From an uncultured Acidimicrobiia bacterium (GTDB taxonomy: Bacteria > Actinomycetota > Acidimicrobiia > IMCC26256 > JAENVU01): a stretch of DNA of 64,000 nucleotides. The translations under genes and the position numbers were made by a program. Below, piece after piece: positions 46,678 to 56,296 of the stretch (its first letter is position 1; the number at the start of each line of letters is the position of its first letter). Under the pieces are notes generated by a model. That model saw nothing but the letters and a program-made list of their open reading frames with translations. It searched no databases and was not told where the DNA came from. Location of the stretch: positions 11,140 to 75,139 of the forward strand of contig CAVWPR010000018.1 of NCBI GenBank assembly GCA_963756815.1, written 5' to 3'.

Positions 46678-47031
46678 ATGATCGAGCACCCGGAACGCGT
46701 CGAGCAGTTCAAGCGGGACATCGCCGAGATGCAGGTGAAGGACCCGGCGGCCGGGCGCGACCGGCTCGCGCTGCGCAGCGGCTTCACCCTGATGGTCATC
46801 GGGGTGATCGTGACCATCGTCGGATACGCGCAGTCGCACAACACGTCGAATCCGCTCGGCCAGCGGGACGCGATCATCATCGCCCTCATCGGCGTCGCCG
46901 TGACCGTCCTCGGCGCGGCGCTGTTCCTCAAGGGCTCGTTGGCGACGTTCTTCCGGTTCTGGCTCGCCCGCCTGATCTACGAGCAGAAGGCCCAGACCGA
47001 CCGCATCATCGACGTCGCCGAGCGCCCCTGA
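46678..47031 (+). CDS. Small membrane protein (2 TM) ending the transporter operon
   Basis: AGGAG lies 10 nt upstream of the ATG. Sequence is GFTLMVIGVIVTIVGYA and IIIALIGVAVTVLGAALFL. Confidence 0.55.
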   Translation: MIEHPERVEQFKRDIAEMQVKDPAAGRDRLALRSGFTLMVIGVIVTIVGYAQSHNTSNPLGQRDAIIIALIGVAVTVLGAALFLKGSLATFFRFWLARLIYEQKAQTDRIIDVAERP

Positions 47032-47097
47032 CCCGCGTTGACCCTGTACCAGCGCTCGTATCGCACCCCAGGGGTGCAGCACGCGTGGTGGTTCGGT

Positions 47098-48258
47098 TCA
47101 GGCGAGGGCGGCGAGGCGGTCGACGGCCTCGGCGAGGACCTCGCGCCGCTTGCAGAACGTGAAGCGCACCAGCGTGCGACCCGCGTCGGCGTCGTCGTAG
47201 AAGACCGAGTTCGGGACGGCGACCACGCCGCAGCGCGCGGGGAGCTCCCGGCAGAACGCGAGACCGTCGGTCGCACCGAGCGGGGCGGCGTCGGTCGTCA
47301 CGAAGTAGGTGCCGTGCGGCTCGAACACCGTGAACCCCGCGGCCGACAGTCCCGCGATCAACAGGTCCCGACGCGCGCCGAGGTCGGCGGCGAAGTCGTG
47401 GAACCACGCATCGGGCAGCCCCAGCCCGACGACGATCGCGTGCTGGAACGGCGCGCCGTTCACGTAGGTGAGGAACTGCTTGGCCGAGCGCACCGCAGCG
47501 AGCAGATCCGGTGACGCGCACGCCCAGCCGACCTTCCAGCCGGTGAAGGAGAACGTCTTGCCCGCCGAGGAGATCGTGATCGTGCGGTCGCGCATGCCCG
47601 GCAGGGTCGCGAGCGGCACGTGCTCGACGCCGTCGAACGTGAGGTGCTCGTAGACCTCGTCGGTGATCGCGACGAGGTCGTGCTCGACGCACACCGCGGC
47701 GATCATGTCCAGCTCCTCGCGCGAGAAGACCTTGCCCGTCGGGTTGTGCGGCGAGTTGAGGAGCAGGAGCCGCGTGCGCGGCGTGATGGCGCGCCGCAAC
47801 TCGGCGGCGTCGAACGCGTAGTCCGGCGTCCGGAGCGTCACCGGCACGCGCACCCCACCGGCCATCGCGATGCACGCGGCGTACGAGTCGTAGTAGGGCT
47901 CGAACACCACCACCTCGTCGCCCGCATCGCACAGGGCGAGGAGCGCCGCGGCGATCGCCTCCGTCGCGCCGGCCGTGACCAGCACCTCGGTGTCGGGGTC
48001 GTACGTGAGTCCGTACCAGTGCCGCTGGTGCACGGCGATCGCGGCCCGCAGCTCGGGGATGCCCGGTCCCGGTGGGTACTGGTTGTGCCCGGCGCGGATC
48101 GCCGCGATCGCGGCGTCACGCACCTCGGGCGGGCCGTCGACGTCGGGGAAGCCCTGGCCGAGGTTGATCGACCCCGTGGCGACGGCGAGCGCCGACATCT
48201 CGGCGAAGATCGTCGTGCCGAAGCCGGCGAGGCGCGGGACGAGCTGCGCGCGTGTCAC
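47098..48258 (-). CDS. PLP-dependent class I aminotransferase
   Basis: Motifs are INLGQGFPD, NQYPPGPG, LLNSPHNPTG and the PLP lysine in SSAGKTFSFTGWKVGW. The start is GTG 48258. Confidence 0.9.
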   Translation of the reverse strand: MTRAQLVPRLAGFGTTIFAEMSALAVATGSINLGQGFPDVDGPPEVRDAAIAAIRAGHNQYPPGPGIPELRAAIAVHQRHWYGLTYDPDTEVLVTAGATEAIAAALLALCDAGDEVVVFEPYYDSYAACIAMAGGVRVPVTLRTPDYAFDAAELRRAITPRTRLLLLNSPHNPTGKVFSREELDMIAAVCVEHDLVAITDEVYEHLTFDGVEHVPLATLPGMRDRTITISSAGKTFSFTGWKVGWACASPDLLAAVRSAKQFLTYVNGAPFQHAIVVGLGLPDAWFHDFAADLGARRDLLIAGLSAAGFTVFEPHGTYFVTTDAAPLGATDGLAFCRELPARCGVVAVPNSVFYDDADAGRTLVRFTFCKRREVLAEAVDRLAALA

Positions 48259-48668
48259 GAACGGGCGCGCGCCTGACGGACGGCGATCGCAAGCAACCGC
48301 CACCCGTACATGAGCAGCGACAGGACGAACAACGCGACGACGGTGAACACGCTGTAGATCGGCCGGCCCGTGAGCCAGCGCAGCGGACCGCCGATCATGA
48401 CCGCGATCGCGATCGTCGCGAGCAGTCGGCCCGGCCAGTCGGTGTCCTCGGTGTAGATCCGCATGATCAGCCCGCCCACGAGCACTCCGACCGCGAGCGG
48501 CCACCACACGGTCAGGAACCAGGTGACGCCCTTCTCGTAGCCGTGGTTCTCCTTGCCGAGGACCACGAAGACCGCGACGCACGCCCAGTCGGCGAGCAGC
48601 GGTGGGATCGAACGGGAGTCGAAGCGGCCGCGGGTGTGCGTGGACGGCGGTGCCGGCGTGTCGGTCAT
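48255..48668 (-). CDS. DUF3054-like integral membrane protein
   Basis: Four TM segments. LLADWACVAVFVVLGKENHGYE resembles the DUF3054 N-terminal motif. There are start/stop overlaps with both neighbouring genes. Confidence 0.6.
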   Translation of the reverse strand: MTDTPAPPSTHTRGRFDSRSIPPLLADWACVAVFVVLGKENHGYEKGVTWFLTVWWPLAVGVLVGGLIMRIYTEDTDWPGRLLATIAIAVMIGGPLRWLTGRPIYSVFTVVALFVLSLLMYGWRLLAIAVRQARARS

Positions 48669-50200
48669 CCCACACCTCCGACGACGACCTTCGGCGGGAA
48701 CTTCCCGAACGTCCGGAGGTGCTGGCCGATCCCTGCGGTGAACGTGTCGAGGTACGGGATCTTGCGGATCATGTAGGAGTGCTGCTCCTTCGGATCCAGG
48801 TACAGGTTGTAGAGGCGGGAGTACGTGTACTTCTGGGTCACGCCGCTGAACCCGCCCGAGTTCTGGATGTCGCGGTCGTCGTCGGACGTCGACGCCAGCA
48901 TCATCTTGTACTCGCCGCACCGCACCGCCGAGAACGTGTTGCCGAGCCAGTAGTAGAGGAAGCGTCGGTTCGACTCCGCCGCGTCACCGAGCAGGAAGCT
49001 CGTCTGGTCGACCGCGTCGAGGTAGCGGTCGGAGGGAGTGGCGTCGGTCGCGCCCGCGAACCGCAGCAGCGTCGGGAACCAGTCCATGAGCGAGAACAGG
49101 CCGTCGGTGGCCTGGCCGGGCTCGATCGTCCCGCGCCAGTAGACGACGCCGGGCACGCGCTGGCCGCCCTCCCACGTGCTGCCCTTCGAGCTGCGGAACG
49201 GGGAGTACGCGCTGTCGGGCCACGTCTCCATCTCCGGTCCGTTGTCGGAGGTGATGAAGATCAGCGTGTCGTCGAGCTGACCGGTCTCGTCGAGCGTCTG
49301 CACGAGGCGGCCGACGATGTCGTCGAGCTCCATCATCGCGTCCTTGTACGGATGCTTCGCCGGTGAGCGCCCGAGCCAGTCGGGATGCGGGTAGTTGTCG
49401 AAGTGCGTGCCGCGCGTGCAGTGGTAGAGGAACCACGGCCGCTCGTCGTCCGTGCCCCGGAGCGACGCCATGCGCTCGATGAAGCGCTGCGAGTACGTGC
49501 ACCACTTGTCGTCGAGCAGCGCGAGGACCGGGATCGTGACCTCCTCCACCTCCTCGATGTCGCCGCCGCGCTCCGCGTGCACGAAGCACTTCGAGAACGG
49601 CTGGTTCTCGATCCAGCGCGTGCGTTCCTCGGAGTAGACGACCTCGGGGAAGAAGTACGGGTCGCGCCACTCGGTGTACATGTCCGACACGGAGAGGAAG
49701 CCGTAGAAGTCGTCGAAGCCCACGTGTTGCGGCTGGGACTCGGTGTTCTCGCCCATGTGCCACTTGCCCACGGCCTGGGTGACGTACCCCGCGTCGCTCA
49801 GCAACTGGGCGATCGTGATCTCACCTTGCAGGCCGCCGCGCTCGCCGTACATCGGCGGGCGCATGAGCCCGTGCCGCATGGGGAGCCGACCGGTCATGAG
49901 CGAGGCCCGGCTCGGCGTACAGCTCGGCTCCGAGTAGCAGCTGGTGAGGAGCTTGCCCTCCCGTGCGAGCCGGTCGATGTTCGGCGTCGGGGCACCGACC
50001 GCGACGCCACCGCCGTAGCAGCCGAAGTCGCCCCAGCCGACGTCGTCGAAGACGATGAGCGCGACGTTCGGACGCTTTCCGAGCGCGGCCAGCTTGGCGT
50101 CGGCCGCGGCCTCGGCGTCGGGGAAGACGTACCGCGGTTCGAGGTGCTCCGCGGCGCGTTCGGTCGGCGTCGAGATCGGGTCGTGGGCCATGCCTCGCAT
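48665..50200 (-). CDS. Arylsulfatase (Cys-type sulfatase family), no signal peptide
   Basis: The formylglycine motif is SCTPSRASLMTGR. Other motifs are IVFDDVGWGD and GKWHMG. The 511 aa ORF is intact and the N-terminus is hydrophilic. Confidence 0.9.
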   Translation of the reverse strand: MRGMAHDPISTPTERAAEHLEPRYVFPDAEAAADAKLAALGKRPNVALIVFDDVGWGDFGCYGGGVAVGAPTPNIDRLAREGKLLTSCYSEPSCTPSRASLMTGRLPMRHGLMRPPMYGERGGLQGEITIAQLLSDAGYVTQAVGKWHMGENTESQPQHVGFDDFYGFLSVSDMYTEWRDPYFFPEVVYSEERTRWIENQPFSKCFVHAERGGDIEEVEEVTIPVLALLDDKWCTYSQRFIERMASLRGTDDERPWFLYHCTRGTHFDNYPHPDWLGRSPAKHPYKDAMMELDDIVGRLVQTLDETGQLDDTLIFITSDNGPEMETWPDSAYSPFRSSKGSTWEGGQRVPGVVYWRGTIEPGQATDGLFSLMDWFPTLLRFAGATDATPSDRYLDAVDQTSFLLGDAAESNRRFLYYWLGNTFSAVRCGEYKMMLASTSDDDRDIQNSGGFSGVTQKYTYSRLYNLYLDPKEQHSYMIRKIPYLDTFTAGIGQHLRTFGKFPPKVVVGGVG

Positions 50201-50248
50201 CGTTTCACGCCGGGGCGCCGGAGGTCAGGCCGGGCGACGCGGCCCTCT

Positions 50249-50302
50249 GCGACTTTGCGGTTCCTGCAGCACCGGAACGGCAGGTCAGGAACGCAAAGTC
50301 GC
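50249..50302 (-). terminator. Long stem-loop immediately after the GNAT stop codon (terminator or protein-binding site)
   Basis: GCGACTTTGCGGTTCCTG (50249-50266) pairs with CAGGAACGCAAAGTCGC (50286-50302) with one bulge and a 19 nt loop. It starts 3 nt downstream of the TAA at 50305 and lies upstream of the sulfatase start. Confidence 0.45.
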
Positions 50303-50304
50303 CC

Positions 50305-50755
50305 TTACGGGCGCGACGGTGCCGGCATCACGAAGCGCTGCACGGGGCCCTCATCGGTCTCGCCCTCGTCGAACGGCACGGGGATCGCCCGCCGCCAGAA
50401 GGCGATCGCACCGGTGTTCTCGAACTGCTCTCGGGTCTGCCACTCCCCCGGGAACCGGGCGAAGACCGCGCGCGCGGCGTCGGTGCCGACCCGCTCCCCG
50501 TCGGTACTTCCGCAGGACGAAGAACTCGGCCATGTCGTGCGGCGGGCCCGAGTGCACGAGCGCGAACCCGGCGAGCCGGCCGTCGACGCGGAACAGGAAC
50601 GGATGTCGATCGGGTTCCGCCCAGTAGCGATCGAGGAACCGGTAGCCGTACGTGCCGTCGTCGCCGACCTCGGCCCCGTTGCGCTCCGAGAAGTCGTGCG
50701 CGTAGAGCTCGAGCAGCCGCGCGAGGACGTCCCGCTCGCCGAGCAGAAGCCGCAT
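50305..50755 (-). pseudogene. GNAT-family acetyltransferase, frame break near 50495
   Basis: The segment contains LLELYAHDFSE..YGYRFLDRYW..PFLFRVDGRLAGFALV..EFFVLRKYRR. The C-terminus is in another frame (VGTDAARAVFARFPGEWQTREQFENTGAIAFWRRAI..) and ends at TAA 50305. Confidence 0.65.
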
Positions 50756-50770
50756 CGACGCGGACGTCGG

Positions 50771-51267
50771 TCACGCGTCGAGCAGGCTGCGTTGCGGCTG
50801 TTCGAGGTCGAGGAGCCGGCGCTTCCACTCCAGCCCGCCGCCGAAGCCGGTGAGCGAGCCGTCGGCGCCGATCACACGATGACACGGCACGACGATCGCG
50901 ATCGGGTTCTGCCCGTTGGCCGCACCCACGGCACGCGCCGCCTCCGGCCGACCGACCCGCCGCGGCCAGCTCGCCGTACGAGATGGTCTCGCCGTACGGG
51001 ATCCGGCGGAGCTGCTGCCACACCTCGACCTGGAACGCGGTGCCGTGCAGCCGCAGCGGCAGGTCGAACGTCGGTCCGGGTGCCGGCGAAGTACTCGATC
51101 GAGCTGCCGGGACCAATCGGCGAGTGCGCGCGTCGTCGCGCTCCCAGTCCGTCCTCGACCTGGTCACCGCGGTGCGCGAAGTGGAGCCGGACGAGGTGGT
51201 CGTCGTCGTCCACCGCGAGCAGCAACGGGCCTTCGGGACCGTCGTACACGGACCAGCGGGTGGTCAT
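50771..51267 (-). pseudogene. Methylated-DNA-protein-cysteine S-methyltransferase, at least three and probably five successive frame breaks
   Basis: Family blocks are found in rotating frames. They are MTTRWSVYDGPEGPLLLAV; WERDDA; [10 protein letters not shown]; EYFAGTRTD; [37 protein letters not shown]; and [49 protein letters not shown]. The active-site PCHR is present. Confidence 0.75.
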
Positions 51268-52710
51268 GGTCTGTCTCCCTCCGATGCCCAGAGATGGGCG
51301 TTGGCGTAGGCGCGCCACGGGCTCCAGCCCGCGGCGCGTTCGGTCGAGGCTCGATGGCCGTCCGTCGAGTCCGCGGGCCTCGAGCGCGCGGCGCACGCCC
51401 AGATCGGACGCGAGGAAGGCGTCGGGATCGCCCACGGCGCGCATCATCACGTACTCGACGGTCCAGGGCCCGATGCCCGGCAGCGCCAGCAGCGCGTTCC
51501 GCAGCTCGTCCCGGTCGACCCCCGGGTCGACGACGATGCGCCCGTCGGCGAACGCCGCGGCGACGTCGCGCAGCGCCGTGGCGCGCGCCCTCGGCATCGG
51601 GAGCTCGCCGGCGTCGAGGGCCGCCATCGTCGCCGCGTCGGGGAACACGTGGGTGATCGTGTCGAGGGGCGCGTCGAGCGGCTTGCCGAACTTGGCGACC
51701 AGACGCCCGAGGATCGTGCGCGCCCCGGCCACGGACACCTGCTGGCCCACCACCGCACGTACGACCAGCTCGAAGCCGTCGGGATGGCCGGGCACCCGGA
51801 GGCCGGGACGCCGGCGCACGAGCGGGCGCAGGATCGAATCGTGCGCCAGCGCGGCATCGATCGCCACCGGGTCGGCGTCGAGGTCGAAGAGCCGGCGGGT
51901 GCGCGCGACGGCCGCCGTGAGGTCGCGGAGATCGTCCAGCCGGAACCCACCGGTCACTCCCTCGGGACCCGGGGTGAGCGTGAGCACCGCGTTGCCGTGC
52001 GGGAGCGCGAGCGATCGGCGGTACGTGCCGGCCTCGAGCACCTCGACGCCGGTGACGGCACGCGGCCCCAGGAAGGCGAGCAGGTCGGCGCCGGCGAACG
52101 GCCGCCGCGCCGCGAGACGGACGGTGACGCTGCCGGCCTCGGCGGGTGCGGTCCCCCGCGTACGCATCGCGCTCGGCGTCGTGGCGAACACCTCACGGAC
52201 GGTGTCGTTGAACTGGCGGATGCTCGCGAACCCGGACGCGAACGCGACGTCGGCGAAGCGCAGGTCGGTCGTCTCGATCAGCACCCGTGCGGTCTGCGCG
52301 CGTTGCGCCCGGGCGAGCGCGAGCGGGCCCGCACCGAGCTCGGAGACGAGCAGGCGGTGGAGCTGACGTTCGCTGTACGCGAGCCGGCGCGCGAGTCCCG
52401 ACACACCTTCACGATCGACGACCCCGTCGGCGATGAGGCGCATCGCCCGGGCGACGACGTCGCCGCGCGGATCCCATTCCGGCGATCCCGGCGAGGCGTC
52501 GGGGCGGCAGCGCTTGCACGCCCGGTACCCGGCCCGCTGGGCGGCGGCCGCCGTCGGGAAGAACTCGACGTTGCGCGGGTACGGCGTGCGCGCCGGGCAG
52601 CTCGGTCGGCAGTAGATCCCCGTCGTCCTGACCGCGGTGAAGAACCACCCGTCGAAGCGGGCGTCCTTGCTCTCGACGGCGCGGTAGCACTGGTCGAAGT
52701 CGGGAATCAC
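51264..52710 (-). pseudogene. Ada-type regulator fused to AlkA (Zn-finger methylphosphotriester domain + AraC HTH + DNA-3-methyladenine glycosylase II), one frame break near 51347
   Basis: The Cys ligands are YCRPSCPA and CKRCRP. The AraC-like region is LARRLAYSERQLHRL..FASGFASIRQFN. The HhH motif is LPGIGPWTVEYVMMRA. The C-terminus WSPWRAYANAHLW is in another frame, and its stop overlaps the start of the methyltransferase gene (ATGA). Confidence 0.85.
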
Positions 52711-52784
52711 CCGTGCACCATCGCACGCGCCGGTGGCCAGTGCTAGCGGCTTTCGGACGCGGCCGTGGGGTGCCACGATGCGCT

Positions 52785-54244
52785 GTGCTCATCGACCTGC
52801 TCACCGACGCGGCGCAGCGCGCGCCGGCGACGCCGGCGGTGATCACGGCGACGGAGACGGTCTCCTTCGCCGACGCTCCTCGCCCGCGTGCACCGGCGGG
52901 GTGCGCAGCTCGCCGCCCGCACCGCGCTCGGCGACCGCGTCGCAGTCCTCGCCGAGAACCGCGCCGAGTACGTCGAGCTGTACTACGCGGCGCCGCTCGC
53001 CGGTCGGGTCCTCGTGCCGCTCAACCACCGCTTGCATCCCGACGAGTGGAAGCGGACACTCGCGCGCGCCGACGTCCGCCTCGTCTACGGCGCGTCGTCG
53101 TTGCTCGCGCGACTCGACACCGCGGTCCCGACGATCGACCTCGACACGCGCGCGGCGAGGCTCGTCGCCGCAGGTGAGTGGATGCCGCCTCGTCGCGAGA
53201 TCGACGACACCGCGTGGCTCGTCGGCACGTCGGGCACGACCGGCGACCCGAAGCTGGCGATGCTCACCGACGCGAGCCTCGTGGCCGCGGTCGACGCGAC
53301 GCTCACCGCCCGACCCGTCGGCTCGGACGACGTGCTCGCCACGCCCTTCCCGCTCTGCCACGTGGCCGGGTACAACGTGATGGTCCTGCACCGACGGGCG
53401 CGCCCGATCGTGCTGCAGGCCACGTTCGACGCCGCCGCGCTCGCCCACCTCGTCCGCGCCCACGCGGTCACGATGCTCTCGCTCGCGCCGACGATGATCG
53501 CGATGCTGCTCGATCACCCCGAGGTCGACGACGCCGACCTCGCGACCGTTCGCGCCCTCGGGTACGGCGCGTCGCCCATTCCCGGTCCGGTGCTGCGGCG
53601 GGTGGTGGAGCGCTGGGACTGGGACTGCTCGCAGGGCTTCGGCATGACCGAGCTGTCGGGCAACGCCATCTTCCTCGGCCCCGAGGAGCACCGCGCCGCC
53701 GCGCGGGGTGATGCCCGCCTGCTCGTCGCCGCCGGGCGACCGGCGCCGGGGGTCGCAGGTCCGCCTCGGTGGTCGGGACGAGCTGTTGATCAGGGCGCCG
53801 CAGGTCATGCGCGGCTACTGGGACGATCCCGAGGCCACCGCCACCGCGATCGACGCCGACGGCTGGCTGCACACCGGCGACGTGGCCCGCGTCGACGCCG
53901 ACGGTCTCGTGACCGTCGTCGACCGGACGAAGGACATCATCGTGAGCGGTGGCGAGAACGTGGCGTCACGCGAGGTCGAGGAGGTGCTGCACGCGCATCC
54001 CGCGGTACGCGACGTCGCGGTCGTCGGACTCCCCGACGAGCGTTGGGGTGAGGTCGTGACCGCGGTCGTGGTCCTGCGCGAGCCGGTCGACGCCGACGAG
54101 CTGATCGCGCACTGCCGGGGCCGGCTCGCGGGCTTCAAGTCACCGCGCCGCGTCGAGATCGTCGACGAGCTGCCTCGCAACGGCTCCGGCAAGGTGCTCA
54201 AGCACGAGCTGCGCACGACGCTCGCGACAGTGGGAACGGACTGA
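52785..54244 (+). pseudogene. AMP-dependent acyl-CoA synthetase/ligase (FadD-like), two frame breaks (about 52875 and about 53755)
   Basis: The AMP-binding motif is LVGTSGTTGDPK. Other motifs are GFGMTE, WLHTGDVARVD and GKVLKHEL. The N-terminus VLIDLLTDAAQRAP is in a third frame. Confidence 0.85.
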
Positions 54245-54247
54245 GCC

Positions 54248-55073
54248 GTGCGCACGATCACTCCGGCCGAGCAGGCGACGTTCGCGTCCGACGGCGTCGT
54301 CTGCGTACGGGACGCACTCGACCCCGAGGTCGTCGCGCGGATGGCCGAACCCGTCGAGCGCGCGCTGCGTTCGAACGTGGTCGCGAACCTGGCGGAGCTC
54401 GGGCCGTCCACCGGGGGCCGCTTCGCCGGTGGCGTCGACCACTGGCGGGAGCAGGACGAGTTCGCGTGGTTCGCCGGGGCCACCGCGCTCCCGCGGCTCG
54501 TGGCCGGGCCTCCTCGACTCCACCGCGCTGTGGCTCTACGAGGACAGCGTGCTGGTGAAGGAGCCCGGTACCGCGGCGCCGACGGTGTGGCACCAGGACC
54601 TCGGCTACTTCCACGTCAGCGGCGAGCAACTCGCGACCACCTGGTGCTCGCTCGATCCCGTGACGCCCGAGAGCGGCGCGGTCCGCTACGCGCGCGGCTC
54701 GCACCGGTGGGACGCGACCTACCGGCCCAACCTCTTCGTCACCGACGAGCCGATCCCGGGCACCGCGGGCCCGCGCGTGCCCGACATCGACGCGCTCGCG
54801 GCGGCGGGCGAGGTCGACATCCTCACGTTCGCCACCACGCCGGGAGACGTCGTCGTCCACCACGCCCGGACGCTGCACGCGGCGGGCGGCAACCGGTCCG
54901 CCACGACCCGCCGGCGGGCGATCTCGGTTCGGTACTGCGGCGACGACGCCCGCACGTTTCTCCGGCCCGGCGCGCCCGCGAAGGCGCACCAGCGCGAGTG
55001 GTCGAACGGCACGCCGCTCGCGGCCGTCGATCGTGCCGACCACCCCCGGGTGTGGCCTCCGACCGACGGGTAG
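54248..55073 (+). pseudogene. Phytanoyl-CoA dioxygenase (PhyH) family Fe(II)/2-oxoglutarate oxygenase, frame break near 54505
   Basis: The N-terminal part is ITPAEQATFASDGVVCVRDAL. After the break come the HxD motif in TVWHQDLGYF and the distal histidine in VVVHHARTLHAAG. Confidence 0.75.
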
Positions 55074-55095
55074 AACCGGTTCTAGACTTGCCGTC

Positions 55096-56280
55096 ATGAC
55101 GATGTACGACGGCCCCGTCTTCGACGCCGACAACCACTACTACGAGGCGCTCGACGCGTTCACCCGCCATCTCGACCCGCGCCTCGGACCGCGCTGCGTG
55201 CAGTGGTGCGACATCGGCGGTCGCCAGTACCAGGTGGTCGGCGGGAAGGTGAGCCGGGTCGTCAACAACCCGACGTTCGACCCGATCGCCAAGGCCGGCG
55301 CGATGCACGACTACTTCCGGGGCAACCCCGACGGCCGCAACCCGCTCGAGTTCCTCGCCGACCGCGAGCCGATCCGCGCGGAGTACCGGGACCGCGACGC
55401 GCGCCTCGCCGTGCTCGAGGAGCAGGGCCTCGAGGGCGCGTGGATGTTCCCGACGCTCGGGATGCTCTACGAGGAGCTGCTGCTCCCCGACGTCGAGGCG
55501 TTCACCCTCACGTTCACCGCGTTCAACCGGTGGGTCGAGGAGGACTGGGGCTTCGCGTACCGCGACAAGATCTTCGCCGCGCCGTACCTGTCACTCGCCG
55601 ACCAGGACTGGGCGATCTCGGAGCTCGAGTGGGCGATCGACCGCGGCGCGCGGATGATCGTGCTGCGGCCGGCGGCGCAGTTCACGCGTCTCGGCCCGCG
55701 CACGCCGGGCAGCACCGAGTTCGACCCGTTCTGGTCGCGCGTCGAGGAGGCGGGGCTCACCGTGGTCGTGCACGCGGGCGACAGCGGGTACACGGCCAAC
55801 GGCTACGCACCCGACGGCTTCAGCGCGAGCTTCGGCTCGGGCGGCGGCGGACCCAGCATCAAGATGCTCCACATGGAGCGCGCCATCTACGACTTCCTCG
55901 CGAGCCTGATCTTCGACCGCTTCTTCGCTCGCTTCCCGGGCATCCGGGTCGCGAGCGTCGAGAACGGCAGCGAGTTCCTCCCCGACCTGTTCCGCAAGCT
56001 GCGATCACAGCACCGCCGCATCCCGGGCTTCTTCCCCGAGGACCCGATCGAGACGTTCCGTCGCAACGTGTGGATCAACCCCTTCTGGGAGGACGACCCC
56101 TATGAGATCGCGGAGCTCATGGGCCCGGAACGTGTCATCTTCGGCTCGGACTGGCCCCATATCGAGGGCATGCCGAACCCGCTCGACTACGCGGTCGAGG
56201 TGAAGGAGCTCGACGTCGCTGCGCAGGGTCTCGTCCTGCACGACAACGCCGTCGAGCTCACCGCGCTCGCGCCGCGCTGA
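55096..56280 (+). CDS. Amidohydrolase-family (amidohydrolase_2-type) metal-dependent hydrolase
   Basis: Intact 394 aa ORF with VFDADNHYYE, VVVHAGDSG and IFGSDWPHIEG. Confidence 0.85.
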   Translation: MTMYDGPVFDADNHYYEALDAFTRHLDPRLGPRCVQWCDIGGRQYQVVGGKVSRVVNNPTFDPIAKAGAMHDYFRGNPDGRNPLEFLADREPIRAEYRDRDARLAVLEEQGLEGAWMFPTLGMLYEELLLPDVEAFTLTFTAFNRWVEEDWGFAYRDKIFAAPYLSLADQDWAISELEWAIDRGARMIVLRPAAQFTRLGPRTPGSTEFDPFWSRVEEAGLTVVVHAGDSGYTANGYAPDGFSASFGSGGGGPSIKMLHMERAIYDFLASLIFDRFFARFPGIRVASVENGSEFLPDLFRKLRSQHRRIPGFFPEDPIETFRRNVWINPFWEDDPYEIAELMGPERVIFGSDWPHIEGMPNPLDYAVEVKELDVAAQGLVLHDNAVELTALAPR

Positions 56281-56296
56281 CGCACGCAAGATCCCG

